Origin: an uncultured Bacilli bacterium
GTDB lineage: Bacteria > Bacillota_I > Bacilli_A > RFN20 > CAG-826
Reading direction: 5' to 3'
Length of the DNA stretch: 64,000 nucleotides
Assembly (NCBI GenBank): GCA_944368975.1
Contig: CALVXI010000001.1
Coordinates: 34,260-98,259 of the forward strand
Below, piece after piece: positions 54,015 to 64,000 of this stretch (its first letter is position 1; each line of letters starts with the position of its first letter). A program made the translations under genes and the position numbers. Under the pieces are notes generated by a model that was not told the origin of the DNA, did no database searches, and worked only from the letters and a program-made list of their open reading frames with translations.

Positions 54015-55211
54015 ATGGATATTTTAGAAAGATTTAAAAAATATATTAGTTTTGATACAACTAGCAATGAAGAAAGTAAAACAATTCCTTCAACTAAAAG
54101 TCAATATGAATTTGCAAAAATACTTGTTAATGACTTAATTGAGATAGGTTTAACTAATGCTTATGTCGATGAATATGGATATGTTTATGGATATATTAAT
54201 TGTAATCAAGAGAAAACCATTGGCTTAATCGCTCATATGGATACATCTAGCGATTTTAAAGGTGGATGTAAAAATACGCAACTTGTTAAAAATTATAATG
54301 GTCAAGAGATAATTTTAAAAAATGGGGATAAATTAAATAAAGAATTATTTCCAGCTTTAAACGAAGTTATTGGTGACGATTTACTTTTTACTGATGGAGA
54401 ACATCTTTTAGGAGGGGATGATAAAGCTGGAATTGTTATTATATTCGAAATAGTTAAACATGCTTTAGCTAATCTTAAAAGTATGAAATATAACTTATCA
54501 ATTTGCTTTACTGTCGATGAAGAAATTGGACGTGGACCTCTTAAATTTGATATTAATAAAATGCATAGTGATTTTGCTTTTACTCTTGATGGTGGCTCAA
54601 TTTATGAAGCTAATATTGAAAATTTTAACGCAAGCAGTGCTAAAGTTAATTTTTATGGAATTAATGTTCATCCAGGTAGCGCAAAGGGAATTATGGTAAA
54701 TAGTATTTTAGCAAGCATGTATTTTAATAGTCTTTTGCCTAGTAAAATGATTCCATCATTAACTGAAGGTCATGAAGGGTTTATTCATCTTCACGATATT
54801 GAAGGCGATGTAAGTCAAACGAAACTTAGTTATATTCTTAGAGATCATGACGAAAAACTTTTAGAAGAAAAGAAAAATATGTTAGTGGAAGCTAAAAATA
54901 AAACTTTAAAAGAATTTCCTAATATAAAAATTGATTTAGAGATAAAAGATGAATATAAAAATATGTTCCCATACTTTTTAAAACATCGTGAAGCAGTTGA
55001 ATTAATTAATAAAACTTATTTATTTAGTAATACAAAAATATCTTATACACCAATTAGAGGTGGAACAGATGGGGCCACCATAACTTATATGGGTTTACCT
55101 TGTCCTAATTTAGGAGTAGGAGATTTTAATTGTCATGGTAAATTTGAATTTGTATCACTAACACAAATGCAAAAGATGGTAGAAATTCTTAAAAAACTTG
55201 TAGAACTCTAA
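54015..55211 (+). CDS. pepT: peptidase T (tripeptide aminopeptidase, M20B)
   Basis: 'HMDTSSDF' and 'GGDDKAGIVII'. C-terminal 'GGTDGA'. Length 398 aa. Confidence 0.85.
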   Translation: MDILERFKKYISFDTTSNEESKTIPSTKSQYEFAKILVNDLIEIGLTNAYVDEYGYVYGYINCNQEKTIGLIAHMDTSSDFKGGCKNTQLVKNYNGQEIILKNGDKLNKELFPALNEVIGDDLLFTDGEHLLGGDDKAGIVIIFEIVKHALANLKSMKYNLSICFTVDEEIGRGPLKFDINKMHSDFAFTLDGGSIYEANIENFNASSAKVNFYGINVHPGSAKGIMVNSILASMYFNSLLPSKMIPSLTEGHEGFIHLHDIEGDVSQTKLSYILRDHDEKLLEEKKNMLVEAKNKTLKEFPNIKIDLEIKDEYKNMFPYFLKHREAVELINKTYLFSNTKISYTPIRGGTDGATITYMGLPCPNLGVGDFNCHGKFEFVSLTQMQKMVEILKKLVEL

Positions 55212-55218
55212 TATTTTT

Positions 55219-55632
55219 TTAATTTTCAGATTGATTAGAGTTCATGTATAAGTAATTAATAATTGATTTTCTTCTTATAATTCCGATGAAATTCTTACTA
55301 TCATCGAGAACTGGAACAAAATTTTGATTACTTGCCACAACCATTAAACTACTCATTTCGGTATTTGAAGAAATTGGTAAGTAATCTTTATGTCGTTTTA
55401 CTTCTTTAATAGAAACATTATTAAATTCATTTAATGTTTTAAAAGGGTGATCCTTTAAATAATATAATAAGTCACCTTCACTAATTGAACCTACATATTT
55501 GCCATCTTTACTTAAAATTGGGATTACTTGATAACGATGATATTCCATTATTTCTAAGACTTGTCTGACACTCATTGTGTCATCGCAGTATTTGATTTGA
55601 CTTTTAGGTGTTAAGAAAAATAAAACATTCAT
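55219..55632 (-). CDS. CBS-domain pair protein
   Basis: Two CBS-like repeats in 137 aa. Confidence 0.55.
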   Translation of the reverse strand: MNVLFFLTPKSQIKYCDDTMSVRQVLEIMEYHRYQVIPILSKDGKYVGSISEGDLLYYLKDHPFKTLNEFNNVSIKEVKRHKDYLPISSNTEMSSLMVVASNQNFVPVLDDSKNFIGIIRRKSIINYLYMNSNQSEN

Positions 55633-55696
55633 AGTTTTAATTATAAATTAAACGATAAATAGTGTAAAATATTTTTGTTTTGAAAGGAGAATGAAA

Positions 55697-56164
55697 ATGG
55701 ATCGAATTAGTTGGGATGAATATTTTATGGGAATCGCCTTGCTTAGTAGTAAAAGAAGTAAAGATCCTTCAACACAAGTTGGTGCTTGTATTGTTGATGA
55801 TGATAATAAGGTTGTTACGATTGGTTATAATGGTATGCCTAGACATATTGATGACTCGAAACTTACTTGGGAAAAAGGTGAAGATTTAAATAATAAATAT
55901 TTATATGTTTGTCATGCTGAATTCAATGCCATTTTAAATAATCGTGATGGTAGTAAACTTAATGGATGTCGAATTTATGTGACATTATTTCCATGTAACG
56001 AATGTGCTAAAGCTTTAATACAAGTTGGAATTAAAGAAGTTATTTATCTTAGCGATAAATATCAAGATCAATTATCAACTAGAGCAAGTAAAAAATTACT
56101 TGATTTAGCTGGTGTTAAATATACTAAATATCAAGGAAGATATACTAATATTGAATTAAAATAA
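55697..56164 (+). CDS. dCMP deaminase (ComEB-like)
   Basis: Zinc site 'CHAEFNAI' ... 'PCNECAKAL'. GGAG RBS sits 9 nt before this ATG. Confidence 0.85.
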   Translation: MDRISWDEYFMGIALLSSKRSKDPSTQVGACIVDDDNKVVTIGYNGMPRHIDDSKLTWEKGEDLNNKYLYVCHAEFNAILNNRDGSKLNGCRIYVTLFPCNECAKALIQVGIKEVIYLSDKYQDQLSTRASKKLLDLAGVKYTKYQGRYTNIELK

Positions 56165-56165
56165 T

Positions 56166-56987
56166 ATGAATGAAGCGTTAAAAGTTAAAAATTTATGTTT
56201 TAATTATGATGAAAATAAGGAAACTTTAGTTAACCTTTCTTTTGAGGTTAAAAAAGGAGACTATGTAACCTTAATTGGCCATAATGGAAGTGGAAAATCT
56301 ACTTTAGCAAAACTTTTAACCTATTTAATTACGCCAAGTAGTGGAGAAATTTATGTTAATGACTTATTACTTAATGAGGAAAATATTGGAAAAATAAGAA
56401 GAACGTTAGGTATTGTATTTCAAAATCCTGATAATCAATTTATTGGTTCAACTGTAGAAGATGATATTGCTTTTGGATTAGAAAATAGAAATATTCCTTT
56501 AAATGATATGCAAAAATTAGTCAAGGAATATTCTAAAAAAGTAAATATGGAAAACTATTTAAAAAAGGAACCAAGTGAACTTAGTGGTGGCCAAAAGCAA
56601 CGTGTCGCAATAGCAGGAATTTTAGCGCTTAATTTAAAAATAATTATTTTTGATGAAGCAACAAGTATGCTTGATCCTGAGGGAGTTGAAGACATTAAAC
56701 ATTTAATTAATGAGATGAGAGAAAAAGATCCAGAATTAACATTTATTTCAATTACTCACGATATAGAAGAAGCTTATTTAAGTGATTATTGTATTATTTT
56801 AAATAAAGGGCGTATATATAAAGAAGGGAAACCTAATGAGATTTTTAATGAGATAGATGATATCAAAAGAATTGGTTTAGATGTTCCTTTTGTTTTAAAA
56901 ATTAAAAATGCATTAAAAGAAAAAAATATCTTTATTAACGACGATATAAAAACAATTGAGGACTTAGCAAAAAATATATGCAAATAG
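56166..56987 (+). CDS. ecfA1: ECF transporter ATPase component A1
   Basis: 'GHNGSGKST', 'LSGGQKQR' and Q-helix 'DIKRIGLD'. Confidence 0.85.
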   Translation: MNEALKVKNLCFNYDENKETLVNLSFEVKKGDYVTLIGHNGSGKSTLAKLLTYLITPSSGEIYVNDLLLNEENIGKIRRTLGIVFQNPDNQFIGSTVEDDIAFGLENRNIPLNDMQKLVKEYSKKVNMENYLKKEPSELSGGQKQRVAIAGILALNLKIIIFDEATSMLDPEGVEDIKHLINEMREKDPELTFISITHDIEEAYLSDYCIILNKGRIYKEGKPNEIFNEIDDIKRIGLDVPFVLKIKNALKEKNIFINDDIKTIEDLAKNICK

Positions 56988-57880
56988 AAGTAAATAACGT
57001 TACATATACTTATAACAAAAAAAGATTTGATGAATTTGAAGCTCTTAAAGGAATATCTTTAAAAATAGATAAGGGTGAATTTGTTGCTTTAGTTGGAAAA
57101 ACAGGAAGTGGTAAATCTACTTTAATTCAAACTTTTAATGGCTTAATTTTACCAACTTCAGGGTATGTTAAGGTCGATGATTTTATTGTAACTGGTGATA
57201 AGAAATTAAAAAGACAATTATTAAAAAAAGAAAGTAAAGAAGTTCAAATTTTAAATAAAAAGAAAGCATATTTATTAAGAAAAAAAGTTGGAATGGTTTT
57301 TCAATTTCCGGAATATCAATTATTTGCTGATACGATTTTAAAAGACGTCATGTTTGGTCCTTTAAATTTTAAAGTTGAAGAAAACTTAGCAAAAGAAAAA
57401 TCAATAAATGCATTAAAAAGTGTAGGGATTGATGAATCATATTTTGAAAGAAATCCTTTCGAACTTAGTGGTGGTGAAAAACGTCGTGTAGCTATTGCTG
57501 GAATATTGGCTAGTGAACCTGATATTTTAATTTTAGATGAACCTACTGCAGGACTTGATCCTAATGGAAAAAAAGAAATCATGAATTTAATTAAAGATAT
57601 ACATAAAGAGGGTAAAACAATTATTTTAGTTACTCATGATATGGATGTTGTTATGGATTATGTAGATAAAATATTTGTTTTAAATGATGGTAAATTACTT
57701 GAAGAAACGACACCTAATATTTTATTTAATAAAGAAAATATTTTAGATTATTCATTAGAAATACCTACTTTTTATAAATTTAAAAATTTATTAAAAAAAT
57801 ATGGGTTTTGCAAGGATTTAAGTAAAATTAATGAATTTAATGAGTTAATTGATATAATTTGTGAGGATAAAAATGACTAA
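56978..57880 (+). CDS. ecfA2: ECF transporter ATPase component A2
   Basis: 'GKTGSGKST', 'LSGGEKRR' and 'ILILDEPTAGLD'. Confidence 0.85.
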   Translation: MQIEVNNVTYTYNKKRFDEFEALKGISLKIDKGEFVALVGKTGSGKSTLIQTFNGLILPTSGYVKVDDFIVTGDKKLKRQLLKKESKEVQILNKKKAYLLRKKVGMVFQFPEYQLFADTILKDVMFGPLNFKVEENLAKEKSINALKSVGIDESYFERNPFELSGGEKRRVAIAGILASEPDILILDEPTAGLDPNGKKEIMNLIKDIHKEGKTIILVTHDMDVVMDYVDKIFVLNDGKLLEETTPNILFNKENILDYSLEIPTFYKFKNLLKKYGFCKDLSKINEFNELIDIICEDKND

Positions 57881-58757
57881 TATATTCGGTAAATATACTC
57901 AATATAATACGATTATTCATAAATGTGATCCGCGTATTAAAATACTTGGATTAATTTTAATCATGGTAATTTGTTTTCTTCCTTATGGAAGTAATTATAT
58001 GAATCAACTAGCAATTTTAGCAGTTTTAGGAGTGGTTATAGTTTCTTTAATGATTATTGCTAAAATTAATTTTTTAGACTTCTTTAAATCTTTAAAAGTA
58101 ATGTGGTTTATGGTCATATTCTTATTAATTATTAATGTGTTTATACCATATGGAAATAATGAACATGTAATGATTAGCTTTAGTAATGGCTATACATTAT
58201 ATTGGGAAGGTGTTTTAAATACTTTCATGGTTGTTTTTAGATTAATTTTAATGATTGCTTTAACGATGATTTTAACTTCTACTACGACTCCAATGGATAT
58301 AACATATGGGTTTGAGTGGTATTTAAGTCCTTTAAAAATATTTAAATTTCCAACACAAGTAGTAGCGATGACAATTTCATTAGCTTTAAGATTTATACCA
58401 ACTTTATTAGAACAAGCAAATCGAATTATGAAAGCACAAAAAAGTAGAGGAGTCGATTATAATAGAGGATTTTTATCAAAGAAAATAAAATCAATAACTA
58501 CATTAATTGTTCCATTATTAGTAAGTTGTTTTTCTATTAGCGATGATTTAAGTTTAGCAATGGAAGCTAGAGGCTATGATCCTTATGGAAAAAGAAGTCG
58601 ATATCGTATTTTAAAGTTTTCTATTTATGATTTAGTTTCGATTCTATTCTTTATTATTTTATTAGGTGCTTTTATTTATTTATCCGTTATTACAAATCAT
58701 TATGGAGTTAATATTATTGAAACATTATTTCCGCTTACAGAAGGAGTTACTTTTTAA
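57861..58757 (+). CDS. ecfT: ECF transporter transmembrane component T
   Basis: Polytopic membrane protein with 'ARG' coupling motif 'AMEARGYD'. Confidence 0.8.
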   Translation: MRIKMTNIFGKYTQYNTIIHKCDPRIKILGLILIMVICFLPYGSNYMNQLAILAVLGVVIVSLMIIAKINFLDFFKSLKVMWFMVIFLLIINVFIPYGNNEHVMISFSNGYTLYWEGVLNTFMVVFRLILMIALTMILTSTTTPMDITYGFEWYLSPLKIFKFPTQVVAMTISLALRFIPTLLEQANRIMKAQKSRGVDYNRGFLSKKIKSITTLIVPLLVSCFSISDDLSLAMEARGYDPYGKRSRYRILKFSIYDLVSILFFIILLGAFIYLSVITNHYGVNIIETLFPLTEGVTF

Positions 58758-59482
58758 TGAAAGTGAAAATGATTTTTTCTTATAAAGGAACAAATTATTT
58801 TGGTTATGCTAAGCAAGTTAATCAAATTACTATTCAAGAAGTTATTGAGACAAAACTTTCAACTATTTTAAATGAAGAAATAAATATTAAAGCTAGTGGA
58901 AGAACAGATAAAGGTGTTCATGCTTTAAATCAAGTTTGTGATTTTATAATAAATGATGAATCAATTGATTTAAATAAGTTAAAATATCGACTAAATAAAT
59001 TTTTACCTAATGATATTTATGTAAAAAGTATTGAGAAAGTTAATGATGATTTTTCTAGTCGATTAAGTGCAAAATCTAAAACTTATTTATATGTAATTAC
59101 TAAAGAATATTCACCATTTTATAATGATTTAGCGTTATATTTTACTGATATAAATATTGATAAAATTAATGAATGTTTATCAATATTTATTGGTAAACAT
59201 GATTTTAAAAATTTTACTTCGAAAGAAAGCGATACATTTAATTTTATAAGAACGATAAATTCTTTTGAACTTATTGAAAAAGATAATTTTTTAGTTTTTA
59301 AAATTAATGGTGATGGTTTTATGCGTTATATGGTAAGAAAAATTATTGGAACAATACTTGAAGTTAGCAAATCTAATATTGATAAAAGTTTTATTATTAA
59401 TAATTTAAATTCATCTGATAGAGAAATAATAACTTATACGGCATTACCTCACGCCTTATATTTAAGTGAAGTTTTTTATTGA
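58757..59482 (+). CDS. truA: tRNA pseudouridine38-40 synthase
   Basis: Catalytic 'ASGRTDKGVHAL'. Conserved ecfA-ecfA'-ecfT-truA order. Confidence 0.85.
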   Translation: MKVKMIFSYKGTNYFGYAKQVNQITIQEVIETKLSTILNEEINIKASGRTDKGVHALNQVCDFIINDESIDLNKLKYRLNKFLPNDIYVKSIEKVNDDFSSRLSAKSKTYLYVITKEYSPFYNDLALYFTDINIDKINECLSIFIGKHDFKNFTSKESDTFNFIRTINSFELIEKDNFLVFKINGDGFMRYMVRKIIGTILEVSKSNIDKSFIINNLNSSDREIITYTALPHALYLSEVFY

Positions 59483-59561
59483 AAAACCTTTAAAACTTAA
59501 GTATTTTTTTATTTTTTAAATAAGAGTTTAATAATTTAGTCAAATGAACTAAAATATATTT

Positions 59562-61076
59562 ATGGCAAATCATTTTGAGGCCGGGGTATTACTTCATATA
59601 TCTTCATTACCTGGTAAATATGGAATAGGACAAATAGGTCAAAGCGCATATAACTTTATTGATTTTTTAAGTGATTGTGGCTTTTCTTATTGGGAGATTT
59701 TGCCTTTAAGCCCAACAAGTTTTTCTAATTCACCTTATCAAACATCAAGTGCTTTTGCATTTAATCAATTTTACATAGATTATGATCTTTTAATTAATGA
59801 TGGTTTATTAAATTCAAGAGATTTTCAAGGACTATCTTTTTATGATAATACTCGAAAAGTAAATTTCTTAAAAGTTTTTAAATATAATAACTTTTTATTA
59901 ACAAAAGCTTTTAAAAGATTTGATAAGAATAATTATGAATTTTTAAAATTTAAAAATAATGAATTATATGAACCTTACTCGATTTATATGACTTTAAAAG
60001 AAATGAATGGTAATAAGGCGTGGTATAATTGGAAATTAGAAGATCGCTATTATAGTGATGAAGTTAGAAATGATGTCTTAAATAATCATAAAGACAGAGT
60101 AGATTTTTATTACTTTATTCAATTTATGTTTTTAAAACAATGGGAAAAACTTCATAACTATGCTAAAAGCAAAAATATTAAAATTATCGGAGAGATTCCT
60201 CACTTTTTAGATTTTGATAGTGCATCGATATATATGTATAGTGAAGAATTTTTATTAAATAAGTTTAATATGATGGATATAGTAGCAGGATTCCCACCTG
60301 ATGAATTTACAAAAGTAGGACAAAGATGGGGTGAACCACTTTATGATTGGTCTTATATGAAAACAACTCATTATAAATGGTGGAGAAAAAGAATATATCA
60401 GGCCTTAAATACTTTTGATATGGTTAAAATTAATCATTTTTCGGGCTTTTATAAAGCATATGGATTACCTTTTAAAGAAAAATCAAATAAAATTGGCTCT
60501 TTTTATTTCGGACCTGGATTAGAATTATTTAATGACTTTAAAGATAGTAATATATTAGCAAGCGATCTTGGAGTTTATTTTAAAGACGTTGAAAAGTTTG
60601 TTAAACAAACTGGCTTTACAACTTTAAAAACAATTGTTTTACCATTATTTAAGCAAAAGAAAGTTTATGAAAAGTTTTATCCTAGCGTTTTAGAATATAA
60701 CAATTTAGCTTATATCGGAAATCACGATAATAATATGCTTCGAGCACGTATTGAAGAGCTTTCAAAAGATGGACTTCGTGATTTAAATGATAAAATTCAA
60801 AATGAAGCAAAATTATTAAAAGTTGACTTTGAAAGAAGTGAATCTACAAGATATCTTGCTATCAAAATAATTGAATTATTACTTGCAAGTAAAGCTCACT
60901 ATGTAACTTTAATGATGCAAGATATTTTATATCAAGGTAAAGAATCTCGTATGAATTATCCTGGAACTATTAGTGATAATAATTGGTCATATCGTTTTCT
61001 TAATAGTGATATAACAAAAAATTTAAAAATAAGAATAAAAGAATTATTGACTAAATATAACCGTTCACAACATTAA
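59562..61076 (+). CDS. malQ: 4-alpha-glucanotransferase (amylomaltase, GH77)
   Basis: N-terminal 'GVLLHISSLPGKYGIGQIG'. Length 504 aa. Confidence 0.85.
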   Translation: MANHFEAGVLLHISSLPGKYGIGQIGQSAYNFIDFLSDCGFSYWEILPLSPTSFSNSPYQTSSAFAFNQFYIDYDLLINDGLLNSRDFQGLSFYDNTRKVNFLKVFKYNNFLLTKAFKRFDKNNYEFLKFKNNELYEPYSIYMTLKEMNGNKAWYNWKLEDRYYSDEVRNDVLNNHKDRVDFYYFIQFMFLKQWEKLHNYAKSKNIKIIGEIPHFLDFDSASIYMYSEEFLLNKFNMMDIVAGFPPDEFTKVGQRWGEPLYDWSYMKTTHYKWWRKRIYQALNTFDMVKINHFSGFYKAYGLPFKEKSNKIGSFYFGPGLELFNDFKDSNILASDLGVYFKDVEKFVKQTGFTTLKTIVLPLFKQKKVYEKFYPSVLEYNNLAYIGNHDNNMLRARIEELSKDGLRDLNDKIQNEAKLLKVDFERSESTRYLAIKIIELLLASKAHYVTLMMQDILYQGKESRMNYPGTISDNNWSYRFLNSDITKNLKIRIKELLTKYNRSQH

Positions 61077-61102
61077 AAAACCTGCAAATCGCAGGTATTT
61101 TT
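61075..61102. terminator. bidirectional rho-independent terminator (malQ / pyk)
   Basis: AAAAAA-CCTGC-AAATC-GCAGG-TATTTTT between convergent genes. Confidence 0.7.
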
Positions 61103-61126
61103 AATTATTTTTATAGTTATAATAAA

Positions 61127-62581
61127 TTAATCTAAATCACGATCTTTAGGAATTGTGATGATTCTCATGAAGTTTGTTTTTCCTGCAGCAGTAGGAGTAC
61201 CACCACTAACAATAACAACATCCCCAGCTTTTAAACCTAATTTTTTGGCATAGAAAATTGCTATAGTTTCCATTTCTTCAATAAAGTCAGGCATTCTTGT
61301 AGGAATTAAGATACTATAAATACCCCAATATAATCCATTTTGAATAACTGTTGTTCTTTTATTTGAGATAGCTAAAATTGGACAACTTGGACGAGCCTTT
61401 GAAATTCTTCTAGAACTACGTCCTGTTTCTGTATAACTTACAATTAATTTGGCATCAATTAATTTTGCTGTATTAGCAATACTATTAGCAATTGCATCAT
61501 TATTATCTTTATTTGATGTATCATATGCTTCTTGAGCCATTTGTTCATAATTTAATTCACTTTCAATTGCTCGAGAAATTTTAGTTTGTGCCAAAACTGC
61601 TTCACCAGGATATTCTCCACTAGCACTCTCAGCACTTAGCATAACGCAATCTGTAGATTCATCAACTGCAGTAGCAACATCACTTACTTCGGCTCTAGTA
61701 GGAACTGGAGAATGAGTCATTGAGTCAAGCATTTGAGTTGCTGTAATAACTGGTTTTCCTTTTTTTCTACAAGCACTAATAAGCTTTCTTTGAACAAGAG
61801 GAACCTCTTCAAAAGGAACTTCAACACCTAAGTCACCTCTAGCAACCATAATTCCATCGCTTGCATCAATAATTTCTTCAAGGCAATTCATTGCTTCACA
61901 GTTTTCTATTTTTGAAATAATTTTAATTTCTGGATGACCATGCTCAACTAAAATTTTACGAATGTCCTCAACGTCTTGTTTATTTCTAACGAAACTTGCA
62001 CTAATAAAATCAACGCCATGTTGACAACCCCAAATAATATCTTGCTCGTCCTTTTCACTAATAAATTTCATTGATAATCTAGCACCAGTACAGTTTACAC
62101 CCTTTTTACTAGACAATTCATGATCATTTAAAGCTTCAGTTATAATTTCTTTATGTTCTTCATCTTTATCGGTAACGAGTAAATCAAGTTTTCCATCATC
62201 AATTTTAATATGGTTACCAATATTGACATCTTTATATAAATCTGGGAAGTTTACACTAATTTTTTTTGGTGTACCTAAAACTTCTTTCATCGAAATTCTT
62301 AAAGTAGAACCCTTTTTAATTTCAATTTTACCATTTTCCATATTATGACAACGGATCTCTGGTCCCTTTGTATCTAACATTACTGGAATATAAACACCTT
62401 CTTTTTCAAATTCACGTATAGTATTTAATTTTCCTAAATGTTCTTCATAATCTCCGTGAGAGAAGTTGAGCCTAGCAACATTCATCCCATTATCAATTAA
62501 TTTAATTAGCATTTCTTTTGATTGGCTACTTGGACCAATGGTACAAACAATTTTTGTCTTTTTTGTAAAATTAAAAAACAT
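61127..62581 (-). CDS. pyk: pyruvate kinase
   Basis: 'KIVCTIGP' and 'MVARGDLGVE' signatures. Length 484 aa. Confidence 0.9.
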   Translation of the reverse strand: MFFNFTKKTKIVCTIGPSSQSKEMLIKLIDNGMNVARLNFSHGDYEEHLGKLNTIREFEKEGVYIPVMLDTKGPEIRCHNMENGKIEIKKGSTLRISMKEVLGTPKKISVNFPDLYKDVNIGNHIKIDDGKLDLLVTDKDEEHKEIITEALNDHELSSKKGVNCTGARLSMKFISEKDEQDIIWGCQHGVDFISASFVRNKQDVEDIRKILVEHGHPEIKIISKIENCEAMNCLEEIIDASDGIMVARGDLGVEVPFEEVPLVQRKLISACRKKGKPVITATQMLDSMTHSPVPTRAEVSDVATAVDESTDCVMLSAESASGEYPGEAVLAQTKISRAIESELNYEQMAQEAYDTSNKDNNDAIANSIANTAKLIDAKLIVSYTETGRSSRRISKARPSCPILAISNKRTTVIQNGLYWGIYSILIPTRMPDFIEEMETIAIFYAKKLGLKAGDVVIVSGGTPTAAGKTNFMRIITIPKDRDLD

Positions 62582-62592
62582 ATATTCACCTA

Positions 62593-63552
62593 CTATTTAA
62601 TTAAATTAAAGACATCATATAAATCTTGATGCGTATTTCTTTCAAGTTTTAAAGCGTCATAGATATCAGTATGAATTAATTCATTTCCATCTGTTCCAAT
62701 ACAAACTCCACCGATGCCTTCATCAAGAAGTTCAACAGCATAAGTTCCCATTCTAATTGCATTAACTCTTTCCATTGCTGTAGGTTTTCCACCTCTTTGA
62801 ATATGTCCTAAAACTGTTAAGCGGGTATCAAAACCTGTTTCATCACTAATCCTTTTAGTTAAAGCATTAGTATCAAGAAGTTTTTCAGCAACTAGAATCA
62901 AAACATGATCAGGATCTTTAGTTTTAAGAATTTTTAATTCTTCAATTAATTTATCAATATTAGTATTGGTGTCACTTGTAATAATATAATCAGCACCAGT
63001 AGCAATGCCAGCATATAAAGTTAAATCAGGACAATGATTACCCATAATTTCAACTACAGCACATCTTTTATGTGAACTAGATGTATCAACTATATCATCG
63101 ACTGCTTGAACAACTGTATTTAAAGCGGTATCAAATCCGATTGTAAATTCACTGCTTGCAATATCATTGTCAATAGTTCCTGGTAAGCCAATACAGTTAA
63201 TTCCTTTTTCAGTTAATCTTTTAGCACCCATATAAGAACCATCGCCACCTATAACAATTAAAGCTTCGATTCCGTGCTTCTTTAATGTTTCGATAGCTTC
63301 GTATTGGACTTTATCTTCTTTAAATTCAGGTAAACGAGCACTTTTAATAATTGTTCCGCCTCTTGTTAATAAATTATCAGCGTAATTTTTATCAACTTTC
63401 TCAATTTTATCTTCTATTAAGCCACGGTAGCCTTCTTTAACAACATACATTTCCTTATTTAATTTATAACCTGCTCTAATTGCTCCAAATAAAGCATCAT
63501 TCATGCCAGGAGCATCGCCACCACTTGTTAGTATTCCAATTTTTTTAACCAT
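62593..63552 (-). CDS. pfkA: ATP-dependent 6-phosphofructokinase
   Basis: 'GILTSGGDAPGMN' and 'IGGDGS'. GGAGG RBS. Confidence 0.9.
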   Translation of the reverse strand: MVKKIGILTSGGDAPGMNDALFGAIRAGYKLNKEMYVVKEGYRGLIEDKIEKVDKNYADNLLTRGGTIIKSARLPEFKEDKVQYEAIETLKKHGIEALIVIGGDGSYMGAKRLTEKGINCIGLPGTIDNDIASSEFTIGFDTALNTVVQAVDDIVDTSSSHKRCAVVEIMGNHCPDLTLYAGIATGADYIITSDTNTNIDKLIEELKILKTKDPDHVLILVAEKLLDTNALTKRISDETGFDTRLTVLGHIQRGGKPTAMERVNAIRMGTYAVELLDEGIGGVCIGTDGNELIHTDIYDALKLERNTHQDLYDVFNLIK

Positions 63553-63886
63553 AAATTAATTTGCCTCCAAGAACAAAAATTCGAACAAGTTTATTATACA
63601 TTTTGCCCGGCTTTAAAAAAAGAATTAAAACATAATGTTTTAATAATTTTCTCTACTTTTTAAAAATTTTCGTGTTTTTCAATTTTATTAATAGTCATAA
63701 CTTATTTTAATAAAAGACCAAAAAAATAAACCTTAAAAAATATTTGTAATAGCAAAAATATAAAAAATATCTTAGTTTTAGAAGCTTTTTTATTAATTTT
63801 TACATTATTTTTATAATATTTTTATTATTTAGAAATTAAAAGATATACTATAAAAAAGGATATATATAATCTATAATATTTAGAGT

Positions 63887-64000
63887 ATGGAAGATATTAA
63901 AAGTATTTTTAAAATTAAAAGTAGAACTTTAATAGCTAGTGAATATAATGAATTTTTATTTACATTATATTTACCTTTAATTGGTTATAAAGGTGTTTTT
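63887..64000 (+). CDS. 5' end of an unidentified ORF running off the window
   Basis: ATG at 63887, then 37 sense codons to the window edge. Weak RBS. Product not recognisable. Confidence 0.2.
   Translation, partial: MEDIKSIFKIKSRTLIASEYNEFLFTLYLPLIGYKGVF

Overview
The window is very AT-rich throughout and reads as chromosomal housekeeping DNA from a low-GC Firmicutes-derived bacterium.

**Lineage inference.** The organism is probably wall-less and Mollicutes- or Acholeplasma-like:
- Long genes are intact with TGA used as a stop codon, which implies standard code 11.
- The Ser/Thr kinase (18144..19031) has a kinase domain only, with no PASTA repeats.
- The F1Fo ATP synthase b subunit (44335..44925) carries a lipoprotein lipobox.
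- The prolipoprotein transferase Lgt (27962..29422) has a large N-terminal extension.

**Gene content in order.**
- A 5'-truncated AddA-type helicase-nuclease with two translationally coupled unknown genes.
- A uridine-kinase-family protein, an MscS channel, an ATP-grasp protein with inorganic pyrophosphatase, and a choline-kinase-like phosphotransferase.
- trmL and rqcH-like genes.
- The conserved gmk-priA-[rsmB-like]-rlmN-stp-prkC-rpe cluster, with def and fmt absent and the RsmB homolog apparently catalytically dead.
- rpmB, hpt, an FAD protein with purA, and hemolysin-III.
- uvrA-lgt-ppaX-like-whiA plus an XRE regulator.
- A surface-protein locus.
- An ArsR-regulated Cd/Zn-type P-type ATPase operon with a textbook operator, and corA.
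- The complete F1Fo ATP synthase operon.
- An M18 aminopeptidase, flavodoxin, CopA-type copper ATPase, smpB, pepT, dCMP deaminase with ecfA1-ecfA2-ecfT-truA, malQ and pyk-pfkA.

**What was not found.** No rRNA, tRNA, CRISPR or obvious mobile elements were detected.

**Most notable non-gene signal.** A GC-containing oligomer, AAAAAGCCTGCAAA(T)C, recurs exactly three times with near-variants, independent of strand and reading frame. This is far above chance for this base composition.
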